Shown here one piece after another: positions 48,432 through 55,845 of a DNA stretch of 61,889 bases (position 1 is the stretch's first letter; the number at the start of each line of letters is the position of its first letter). The notes beneath the pieces were generated by a model that worked only from the letters and a program-made list of their open reading frames with translations, was not told the origin of the DNA and ran no database searches. Source of the DNA: a virus (Duplodnaviria; Caudoviricetes); IMG/VR virus record IMGVR_UViG_3300025110_000013, positions 1 through 61,889 of that record; one strand, 5' to 3'. The position numbers were made by a program, and so were the translations under genes.

Positions 48432-49103
48432 CTATCGAAGATAACTTGTATGATCAAACCCCTCTACCTCTTCAAACGGAGATACAACTCGATCTCCCCC
48501 TTGGACTAATGTAATAGCCTGTAAGGTACTAGGGTGCGATTCTAATTCAGCGGCTTTTTGTAGCTCTTCTTCACCTAGCACTCGCATCGGGCGAAAACGA
48601 AGCCTCGGAATGTAACCGTCCTTTTCAAAACCCATTCGGGTTACAACCGCTATGGCCGAGGTATTATGGTTGTTCAAGTGCCTAGCATAGTTTTGCATTG
48701 ACATCCATCCACTACCCGCAGGGCCAAATAGGCTCGTAGCAGGTAACTGGATTTGGTATACCTCTTCCAAGTTATCCTCCAATACAACTGCAATACGCTG
48801 TGAATATTTACAAGCTCTTGCATTATTACCACCAGATCCTTTTATGTTATGTGGACAATCGATACAACGTCCAGACTGCCTATGTGCATCAGCCACATCT
48901 GGGTCAGGTCTTTGTGTATCGGATGACCAACAAACAGGTGCTGTTGGTTTATTAGGGTCATATTGATTTGCATAATATATTCTGGAAACTCTACCCGCGT
49001 TTACGATCACCGCATCTAAAGTATCTGAATCAAATATATGCGTTTCAGTCCCGTCGATAACTTTACGGAACTTACCTTCTCTTAATGAGATACGTGCAAC
49101 CAT
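48432..49103 (-). CDS. Conserved Cys-containing replication-module protein
   Basis: CWS..CIDCPHN...RACK motifs. Confidence 0.65.
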   Translation of the reverse strand: MVARISLREGKFRKVIDGTETHIFDSDTLDAVIVNAGRVSRIYYANQYDPNKPTAPVCWSSDTQRPDPDVADAHRQSGRCIDCPHNIKGSGGNNARACKYSQRIAVVLEDNLEEVYQIQLPATSLFGPAGSGWMSMQNYARHLNNHNTSAIAVVTRMGFEKDGYIPRLRFRPMRVLGEEELQKAAELESHPSTLQAITLVQGGDRVVSPFEEVEGFDHTSYLR

Positions 49104-49366
49104 TAGAAGTCTTCGTCTAAATCCGCTAGTACGTCTTTAGGATCAACTTCCTCTTGCGTAAGTGACTCTCTTGGTTTTGATTTTGGTTGCTCACCTAACA
49201 GTGCATCTGATATGAGATTTAACTCAAACCTAAAGGTCTTACCCACTTTTATGTAAGTATTCTCTGGTATGCTACCGTTTCGTATCCATGCTCTGACAGT
49301 GGACTCAGATACTTTAAAGTGATCTGCTACCTTCCTCAGTTCAACAAATTCCCGTTCTTCGGACAT
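49103..49366 (-). CDS. MerR/excisionase-like HTH protein
   Basis: KVADHFKVSESTVRAWIRNGSIP...KVGKTFRF. Confidence 0.8.
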   Translation of the reverse strand: MSEEREFVELRKVADHFKVSESTVRAWIRNGSIPENTYIKVGKTFRFELNLISDALLGEQPKSKPRESLTQEEVDPKDVLADLDEDF

Positions 49367-49770
49367 TATGCCCCCTTGGCTTTTCGTACGTTAATCGAGT
49401 ATTCAGAATTAGACTGTACACCCTTGATTACCGTATCTGGGTTATCTACAAAGAACTGTTCTAAATTAGCTTGGTGGAGTCGTCCTTGTAAGAGTTCGGG
49501 ATTGCTATTTTCTTTAATAAAGTCATATACACTTCCCCAATCTGTAACAAAGTAATTGCTCTTCACCGAACGATAGAAAGTCCCCGCTTCTGTTTTAACG
49601 CTCTTAGCCCCCGTCTCGTCGCAATGAGTAAGTAACGCCTTCTTTATAACATCCTGTTGATGTTTAAGTTTATCGTCCTTATCTTCCCATTCCTTTTTGA
49701 GCTTCGCTCGTTCGTCGCGTATCTTGATAAAGACTTCAGTAGCCTTCGTTAGATAGTTCGTATCTTGCAC
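49366..49770 (-). CDS. Conserved coiled-coil phage protein (probable GTG start at 49770)
   Basis: GGAG SD before the GTG; KTEAGT...DW motif. Confidence 0.65.
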   Translation of the reverse strand: MQDTNYLTKATEVFIKIRDERAKLKKEWEDKDDKLKHQQDVIKKALLTHCDETGAKSVKTEAGTFYRSVKSNYFVTDWGSVYDFIKENSNPELLQGRLHQANLEQFFVDNPDTVIKGVQSNSEYSINVRKAKGA

Positions 49771-49801
49771 ACAAATCTCCGTACTTTGTGGTTGGGAACC
49801 G

Positions 49802-49830
49802 AGTATAGTGGTATCCAATATGTTATACAA
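49802..49830 (-). promoter_or_regulatory. Sigma70-like promoter
   Basis: Minus strand TTGTAT-17 nt-TATACT; the spacer contains TGGATACCAC, also present at 51390-51400. Confidence 0.5.
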
Positions 49831-51358
49831 GTATTTCTTTGTATAAATCTATCATTTTTGTGTGTACGTCAATTCTATTATCAAGTAATGAGTAGACACG
49901 CTTTTCTATGAAGGAACCTTCTAGTTGTACTACCGTACATTTATGGTCTTGCCCTGCCCTATGCACCCTAGCATTGGCTTGCGCGTAGGTTTCTAAAGAG
50001 CTAGTCGGCCCCCACCACACCACTGTATTAGCAGCGGTTAATGTAATACCGTGGGCAGCAGCTTGCGGCTGTATGACAAGTACTTGAGGAAAGTCAGTTT
50101 CTTGAAATCTTTTGAATATATCGGTGCGTTTATTGACGGATACATCCCCCCTGATTACCTCCGTAGGTATACCGTCTTGTATTAATTTATCAGTGAGCAC
50201 ATCAATAACGTGCTTAAACGGGACAAAGACTAGGACTTTCTTACTAGACTCATCGATTACTTCCCGTAGCACCTTATACCTATGTTTAATGTCGAACTCT
50301 AATGCTTCTCCGTCATCCGTATAGATAGCCCCAGACGCAATCTGTAGGAGTTTATTCATTTCAACGGCAGCATTAACAGCGGTAATCCGTTCTCCCCCTG
50401 CTTGCACTACCATTTTACTCTTTAATTCGTTGTAATATTTCTTCTGTTGCCGTGTCATTTCTACAGTTCGTTTGGTGTAAACCATATCGGGTAGGTCAAG
50501 GCACTCTTCTTTTGTAAAACGTATAGCGGGCTGCAAAGCATTAAACACCCGATCAGTTGCGTCAGGTTTCGGAATCCATTTAAAGTTGGTTAGTTTGTAC
50601 ATAACTGAATCTCTAAACGCGCTAAAGAATCTAGGGACTGAGTATGGGTTGACCAATTTGGCTAGACCAAATGCGTCTAAGGGGGACTGTGCAGCGGGTG
50701 TACCTGTCATCATCCATAACCATGTGTTTGGGGTGACTAAACTGTTAAGGATTTTCCACCGTTTAGTTTGGACGTTTTTATAATGTGTCGCTTCGTCTGC
50801 AATAATCAAATCAAAGCCACCGTTTGCTATTGCATCAGCTACTATCTCCACTCCGTCATAATTAATTATGATGAACTCCGCTCCCCCCTCTATTATCTGT
50901 TTACGTTTAGCAGGTGCTCCATAAGCAACGTCTACTGAACGGTGCATTGCAAAAGTAAATAAATCTTCCCGCCACGCTGAATCCATAATAGATAAAGGAC
51001 ATATCACCAATACGCGTTTTATACGCCCTTGGTTTATTAGGTAATCAGCCGCCCATATGGCACTAGCGGTTTTGCCTGTACCCTGCTCATTAAAGCAAAA
51101 GGCTCGCTTGTTCATGGTTAGAAAAGAAGAAGTGGTTTTTTGGTGGTCGAAGGGTTTGTACTTACCCGTCCATTGATACTGCCCTTCGATTGGGGATGGG
51201 ACTTTAATATTAAGGTTTTTTAATACGTGCGACTCGTCAACCCCCCAGTTAACTAGTACTTTGTTTCCTGATAATCTCTTACTCTTAGGTATAATATCTG
51301 TTACTTTTTCGGGGTCACGTAGGTTTAATAGTATTGCTCTGTTATCTATTACCCGCAT
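49823..51358 (-). CDS. SNF2-family (SF2) helicase
   Basis: NEQGTGKT, IIADEATH, MTGTP, HGITLTAA, QANARVHRAGQ. Confidence 0.9.
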   Translation of the reverse strand: MRVIDNRAILLNLRDPEKVTDIIPKSKRLSGNKVLVNWGVDESHVLKNLNIKVPSPIEGQYQWTGKYKPFDHQKTTSSFLTMNKRAFCFNEQGTGKTASAIWAADYLINQGRIKRVLVICPLSIMDSAWREDLFTFAMHRSVDVAYGAPAKRKQIIEGGAEFIIINYDGVEIVADAIANGGFDLIIADEATHYKNVQTKRWKILNSLVTPNTWLWMMTGTPAAQSPLDAFGLAKLVNPYSVPRFFSAFRDSVMYKLTNFKWIPKPDATDRVFNALQPAIRFTKEECLDLPDMVYTKRTVEMTRQQKKYYNELKSKMVVQAGGERITAVNAAVEMNKLLQIASGAIYTDDGEALEFDIKHRYKVLREVIDESSKKVLVFVPFKHVIDVLTDKLIQDGIPTEVIRGDVSVNKRTDIFKRFQETDFPQVLVIQPQAAAHGITLTAANTVVWWGPTSSLETYAQANARVHRAGQDHKCTVVQLEGSFIEKRVYSLLDNRIDVHTKMIDLYKEILV

Positions 51359-51480
51359 TTACTTCTCCGTCCACAAAAATACATCGTAAAGTGGTATCCA
51401 CAATACGAACTAAATGCCGTCTCTCGTACCCACGGACGGCGCGTGGTGGGTTCGCCCTGAAGGGGTAGGTGGGCTTTGTA

Positions 51481-51795
51481 CTAAGCTTTCCTCGTAGTAC
51501 GCTTCTTCGGTGACTTACCGTTGCGACTACGATTCTTACTTTTACTTTCTATCTTGTACCCATCGGCATTTGTGCCGCCCTTACTTAACATCCTCTTATG
51601 GCTAACGTCCTTCCCCTCTCGCTTGTCAGCCTTACCATTTTTATTTCTATCGCCGCCTGATTCCTTAGCGGTCTTATCTAATTCTCGTCTGGCGCGTTGC
51701 CGCTCCATGCGGTCTTCGTGCTCTCCGCGTTGCAACTGGAGTTGATACTCTCGTTTGTAAGGTCTTCTCTTACCTTTACCTGTTCTTTTATACAT
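51481..51795 (-). CDS. Small basic HNH-like protein
   Basis: GKDVSHKRMLSKGGTN...NRSRN. Confidence 0.55.
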   Translation of the reverse strand: MYKRTGKGKRRPYKREYQLQLQRGEHEDRMERQRARRELDKTAKESGGDRNKNGKADKREGKDVSHKRMLSKGGTNADGYKIESKSKNRSRNGKSPKKRTTRKA

Positions 51796-51798
51796 TCG

Positions 51799-52470
51799 TT
51801 AGTTCCTCCCGTTGTGAGGACATTCTACCACTACGCAATGGTTTCGGCATAACCCACTTGGTTTGGGGTTCCATACGTCATTATCATACGCCAACTGCAT
51901 GGTTGTAAAATCAGAAAGCCATTTTTCCCACATATTTTCAGCATTATCTGAACTATATGTGTCTTTTATGAAGGCTTCCGCTATCACGAATAGTAAACCC
52001 GCCCTAACTTCTTCTACAAAAGGGAAGTGTTTAAAGGTAGCTAATGCCATTAATTCTAGCTGCCCCTTGTCTGCATACCTAGCAGACTTACCTGTCTTAT
52101 AGTCTACAACCCAAGCTATCTTCTTATCGACATCTAGTATAAGAAGATCTACTATTCCGCGCCACCATACGCCTCTCGCTTTAAATCCACAAGGGTCTAG
52201 GCTTTCAGTCAGCCCCATCTTATATTCGCAAAGCTTACTCCCTTCTTTCTCATTCAAGACATCCAATGCGGCCTTGGCGAATAGAAACTTCTTGGGTAAG
52301 TCCTTACTGTCGCGTACGTATTCTTCTGCGGCTTTGTGGAATTCGTTGCCGTAGTTCATCGCAAAACTAATAGGTTCTTTGTAATCTTTAGCTACCTTCA
52401 AGTGGTAAAACTGTTTAGGGCATTGCTCAAAAGACTTTATCCTACTGTATGACCAAGGGGATGCGCTCAT
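51799..52470 (-). CDS. PD-(D/E)XK exonuclease, Cas4/AddB-like with a 4-Cys cluster
   Basis: WSYSRIKSFEQCP, GIVDL, VVDYKTG, LCRNHC...CPHN. Confidence 0.85.
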   Translation of the reverse strand: MSASPWSYSRIKSFEQCPKQFYHLKVAKDYKEPISFAMNYGNEFHKAAEEYVRDSKDLPKKFLFAKAALDVLNEKEGSKLCEYKMGLTESLDPCGFKARGVWWRGIVDLLILDVDKKIAWVVDYKTGKSARYADKGQLELMALATFKHFPFVEEVRAGLLFVIAEAFIKDTYSSDNAENMWEKWLSDFTTMQLAYDNDVWNPKPSGLCRNHCVVVECPHNGRN

Positions 52471-52613
52471 ATGTGTATCTTATTCATAACAATTATGTAG
52501 TCTTGCGGAGGTATTTGTAGCTGACTACACACACGAAGCTGTTTTGGAGTCATCTTCTCCACCGCACTCCTCACCTGTCTCCGCCTCTTTTTATCGTGCA
52601 TCTCGTTAGTCAT
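52467..52613 (-). CDS. Small protein (48 aa, not in ORF track)
   Basis: MTNEMHDKKRRRQVRSAVEKMTPKQLRVCSQLQIPPQDYIIVMNKIHI; AAGGAG SD; overlaps both neighbours. Confidence 0.65.
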   Translation of the reverse strand: MTNEMHDKKRRRQVRSAVEKMTPKQLRVCSQLQIPPQDYIIVMNKIHI

Positions 52614-52855
52614 TATATCTCCTTACTTTCCGAGGGAGTTCTGCCCTTATTAAACGCTTCTATCTCAGCTTTATTAGGAATCCAGAATATGTTCTTCTCT
52701 AACCTAATCTCATGGATGGTCTTCACTATAGCGAAATCTATATTAGGAAAGTTCTTTACGTGCGTTTCTTTAGCTTCGTAAGCATCCTGTACTGAATCGT
52801 AATGCCCATCTATAAAAGGCGTCCCTAAAAATAATATGTCGTATTTACCGTTCAT
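52613..52855 (-). CDS. Hypothetical protein
   Basis: ATGA overlap with the PolA stop. Confidence 0.65.
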   Translation of the reverse strand: MNGKYDILFLGTPFIDGHYDSVQDAYEAKETHVKNFPNIDFAIVKTIHEIRLEKNIFWIPNKAEIEAFNKGRTPSESKEI

Positions 52856-54678
52856 TCACATTCTCCATAAGACCTTCCCACAAAAGCCTCGCAATCCAAA
52901 GGTAACCCTTCGGCCCAATCTGGAACCCAACGCATATACATCTCTATGTCTTGCTTCGCTTGTTCTACATCGTCCTCCTTGACGCAGCATACAATCGAGT
53001 CATGTACAGTCAGTGCTACACGATGTTTCTTTGATATCTTTAGCATCTGTTCTGCAATAATGCAACGGGCTAACGCTTGACACGCGTTCTCCACAAATTT
53101 CCCACCGTATATCTTGGCGCGTCCGTTCCTTCTTTTATATGTATACTCCATACCTTTAGAATCATTGACCCCCTTAAGATCGTCATACCGCATAAGTAAT
53201 CCAGAGGGAAGGCGCACTGCTGATAAATCACCAACCGGCTCCAGTACTTGAGGTACACCGATTGACTTCTCTTTACCTTTAGCTAACTCACGGATCATAA
53301 GCTGTGCTTCTTGCCACAAACCACTTATCTCTGCATTAGCTTCTCGATAAACCTGTATAACCCGCCGCGCTTCCTCGATGTCTATTTCAAATCCGAAAGT
53401 ACCCATCTGCGCTTGGAACTTAACCGCGCCCATGCCGTAACCACTGCCTAATATTGTGGTCTTACCAACAAACCGTTCGTCTTTAGTAACCTCTGACTCA
53501 TCTTTATTGTAGATACGGGAAGCCATCTTTACATAGACATCCTCTCCGTTGCGGAAAGAACTAACCAAATCCTCTTGCCCCGCCAACCATGCAAGTACTC
53601 TTGCCTCTATTTGAGCAGAGTCACAGTCAATCAAAACATAGCCGTCGGGAGCTATGATACTTCTCTTTAAGGTCTTACCATCAGGCCCACGACTAGGAAG
53701 GTTTTGTAAGTTAATCTTGTCATCACCACCCCATCGACCTGTATGGGCAGCGTAATATCTTACAGGCACAGGCAGTATGCCGCGTCTGGATATGTCGATA
53801 AATCGTTGGGTTCGGGTTTCTTCTAGGGTGCTTTTGTTACCAAGCCGCGCCGCTACTAAAGCTTGGATACTAATAGATGGATGTTCTTGCAGTGCTTTGA
53901 ACCCTTCATCTGTCTTAGCGAAAGCATACGTTTCTTTTCCAGTGGTAGGGCTTATCTTAGTAGGGGGAATAACGCCGTTCTTCTTTAGCAGTTCAGCAAA
54001 CTTATCGTTACTCATCAGGGATTCTTTACTAACCCCCGCCTCTATGAGTAGATCATCCTTTCTATCTCGTATCGCTATAAGGTGTTGCTCTAGCAGACCC
54101 ATATCCAAATCTAGTATGGGTTCTATAAACATACGAAGTGTAGTATCAATCACCTTAAGTTCTTGTCTGGGATAACCCGCCGCCATTATTGAAAACAATT
54201 TGTAGGTCAGTTCGACATCGTTAATACAGTAGTCGCCATACTTATCAAGGCTTACTTCGCTAAACTCTTCTCGACGCTTACCCATTGCATCGACTACTTC
54301 AGTACCCTTCTCACCAATATTATAACGCTGCGCTAATGCAGCTAGACTACCGCCAACCTCTACACCATGCAGACTTCTAGCCATACATAATGTATCGGCC
54401 CAAACCTTCGGGTGTATGTCGAACAGCCAAGACAGTATTGCGCCATCAAACATGGTGTTATGTGCAAGCACCATGCTGTTAGCCCAATCGAATTCATGTA
54501 GGTATTCTTTAGTTTGTTCAAACGTGCCGCTCGCCCACTCTGCGTACCCATCGTTTACTTTTATGCTAACGCCCACCACTTCAAAACGAGGGTCGCGTAC
54601 GTATTCTTCTGTAGTAAGTTTACTCAGTGAGAAGTCCTTACTGTAAAAGGTCTCAAAGTCTATTGTTATTAAGTCCAC
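52852..54678 (-). CDS. polA: DNA polymerase family A with 3'-5' exonuclease
   Basis: Exo DFET, HNTMFD, YCINDV; motif A DSAQIEAR; motif B RFVGKTTILGSGYG; motif C VHDS. Confidence 0.93.
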   Translation of the reverse strand: MDLITIDFETFYSKDFSLSKLTTEEYVRDPRFEVVGVSIKVNDGYAEWASGTFEQTKEYLHEFDWANSMVLAHNTMFDGAILSWLFDIHPKVWADTLCMARSLHGVEVGGSLAALAQRYNIGEKGTEVVDAMGKRREEFSEVSLDKYGDYCINDVELTYKLFSIMAAGYPRQELKVIDTTLRMFIEPILDLDMGLLEQHLIAIRDRKDDLLIEAGVSKESLMSNDKFAELLKKNGVIPPTKISPTTGKETYAFAKTDEGFKALQEHPSISIQALVAARLGNKSTLEETRTQRFIDISRRGILPVPVRYYAAHTGRWGGDDKINLQNLPSRGPDGKTLKRSIIAPDGYVLIDCDSAQIEARVLAWLAGQEDLVSSFRNGEDVYVKMASRIYNKDESEVTKDERFVGKTTILGSGYGMGAVKFQAQMGTFGFEIDIEEARRVIQVYREANAEISGLWQEAQLMIRELAKGKEKSIGVPQVLEPVGDLSAVRLPSGLLMRYDDLKGVNDSKGMEYTYKRRNGRAKIYGGKFVENACQALARCIIAEQMLKISKKHRVALTVHDSIVCCVKEDDVEQAKQDIEMYMRWVPDWAEGLPLDCEAFVGRSYGECE

Positions 54679-54705
54679 GTTATTAGTTCCAGTAGTATTT
54701 GCATT

Positions 54706-54867
54706 TTAAGATTTAGTGAGTACGATTTTTTCTCTGTGGAAACCCCTACGTATACCCACCGCTTTAGTCATACCAATAGGTACTTGTTTAATCTCCCCTC
54801 CTTTACTCAAGAATTCTGTAACTTTATCGTTAAGTTCTTTACTTTCTTCTGCCTTCGTTTTATTCAT
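54706..54867 (-). CDS. Small SutA-like RNA-polymerase-binding protein (53 aa)
   Basis: ELNDKVTEFLSKGGEIKQV resembles the SutA core (EEFLxRGGKVQEI). True ATG at 54867; the longer ORF merely runs through the array. Confidence 0.55.
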   Translation of the reverse strand: MNKTKAEESKELNDKVTEFLSKGGEIKQVPIGMTKAVGIRRGFHREKIVLTKS

Positions 54868-54872
54868 TTTTA

Positions 54873-55343
54873 ATAACCACACCTGCCAAACCACACACCA
54901 CCTTGACCCGCCGTAATCCACCTGATCCCAACCCGCCATACCTGCCAAACCCCAACCGAATCTACCGGACCTCTGCATAACTCAACTTGCCGCAACGCAC
55001 CTGACCTGCCTTACCGGAACCCAACAAAACTTAACGTAAACCACCTTAACTGAACATATCCTACCTGCCTTACCACACCCCATCTTGGCCCACCACAACC
55101 CATCTAAATAAACCACACCTGACCTGCCATACCGCATCGTGCCTTATCTCAACATACCCCGAGCCACCATACCTGCCTTACCTTACCTCGCCAAACCTAA
55201 CCTCGCCGCATCCAAACGCATCTGACCATGTCATAACTCGCCTTACCTGCCAAATCATGCCCCAGCCTAACCCACCAAAACCTTACAAATCCAAACCGAC
55301 CTGACCACACCTGCCAAACCAAACCGCATCCAGACCAAGCCAA
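54873..55343 (-). ncRNA. Non-coding pentamer-register array (GGCA + n x G-N-Y-N-N); candidate guide-RNA array
   Basis: GGCAGGT (plus-strand ACCTGCC) at 54881, 54940, 55004, 55063, 55122, 55171, 55245, 55309. Spacings 59, 64, 59, 59, 49, 74, 64 are all 5n+4. Of 80 pentamers, 74 start with G, 78 have a pyrimidine at position 3, and 40 are GGY. Confidence 0.85.
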
Positions 55344-55344
55344 T

Positions 55345-55845
55345 TTATTTTTTAAGAAACAAACTGATTGGTTCCAAGACATCCGATAACTCGGACAAGG
55401 CTTTGTATTTGTTTGTAAATGCCTCTAGCTCCTTCTTTGCGTTGTCAACTAACTGTTGTCTGCCTTCGGGATCTTTCAACATATCAAACGTGTTAAGCCA
55501 GATTCTTTGGGGCTTGCCGCCGCACTCAATCTTTGCTCGTTGAAACAAACGAATCTCTGTAGGTTCGATCTGATCCTCGTTTAACTTCTCAGTCACTACT
55601 ACTAAAGACCTTTTGATATTTTTCTCTGTTATCAATCGGAATTTATTACCCGCTATTTCGTCGTTCCATTCAAAGTCGTTATGCAAAACAGACTTTGGGC
55701 TACGAGCGTGTTCTACTAAAGAACCATCGGGGGCATAACCCCCGTGGCGTTTATTCAGAGCCTCTATTTCCTTTAGAGCAGCGTTCGCATCTGCCTTGAA
55801 AAAAGACCCCTTTCTCCATTTAACTTCGGTGTAAACAGGTTTCAT
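55345..55845 (-). CDS. Partner protein of the RAMP cassette (166 aa)
   Basis: LVEHARSPKSVLHNDFEWNDEIAG motif; ATGA overlap with the RAMP gene; the array starts 3 nt after its stop. Confidence 0.8.
   Translation of the reverse strand: MKPVYTEVKWRKGSFFKADANAALKEIEALNKRHGGYAPDGSLVEHARSPKSVLHNDFEWNDEIAGNKFRLITEKNIKRSLVVVTEKLNEDQIEPTEIRLFQRAKIECGGKPQRIWLNTFDMLKDPEGRQQLVDNAKKELEAFTNKYKALSELSDVLEPISLFLKK

Noticed and set aside
49103-49366. Excisionase implying a temperate, integrating phage
   Set aside because: No integrase or att-like context was found; such HTH proteins are common regulators.
51030-51065. Self-target of array unit 2 in the helicase (WAADYL)
   Set aside because: The spacing differs from WADYLD and the flanking residues do not fit the NN string.
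51799-52470. Cas4-like nuclease as the acquisition module of the RAMP cassette
   Set aside because: Such PD-(D/E)XK nucleases are routine in phage replication modules, and PolA separates it from the cassette. No evidence of linkage.
54873-55343. Canonical CRISPR array or TIGR array
   Set aside because: The constant part is only ~7-12 nt, unit lengths vary in steps of 5, and the 'spacers' are internally periodic. There is no palindromic 23-47 nt repeat, no fixed 36-nt box C/D-like unit, and no cas1/cas2 or Nop-domain gene.
54868-55382. ORF 55197..55382 and the N-terminal extension of ORF 54706..54978
   Set aside because: W/G/V-rich translations are by-products of the G-rich pentamer array; 5-nt periodicity is inconsistent with coding.
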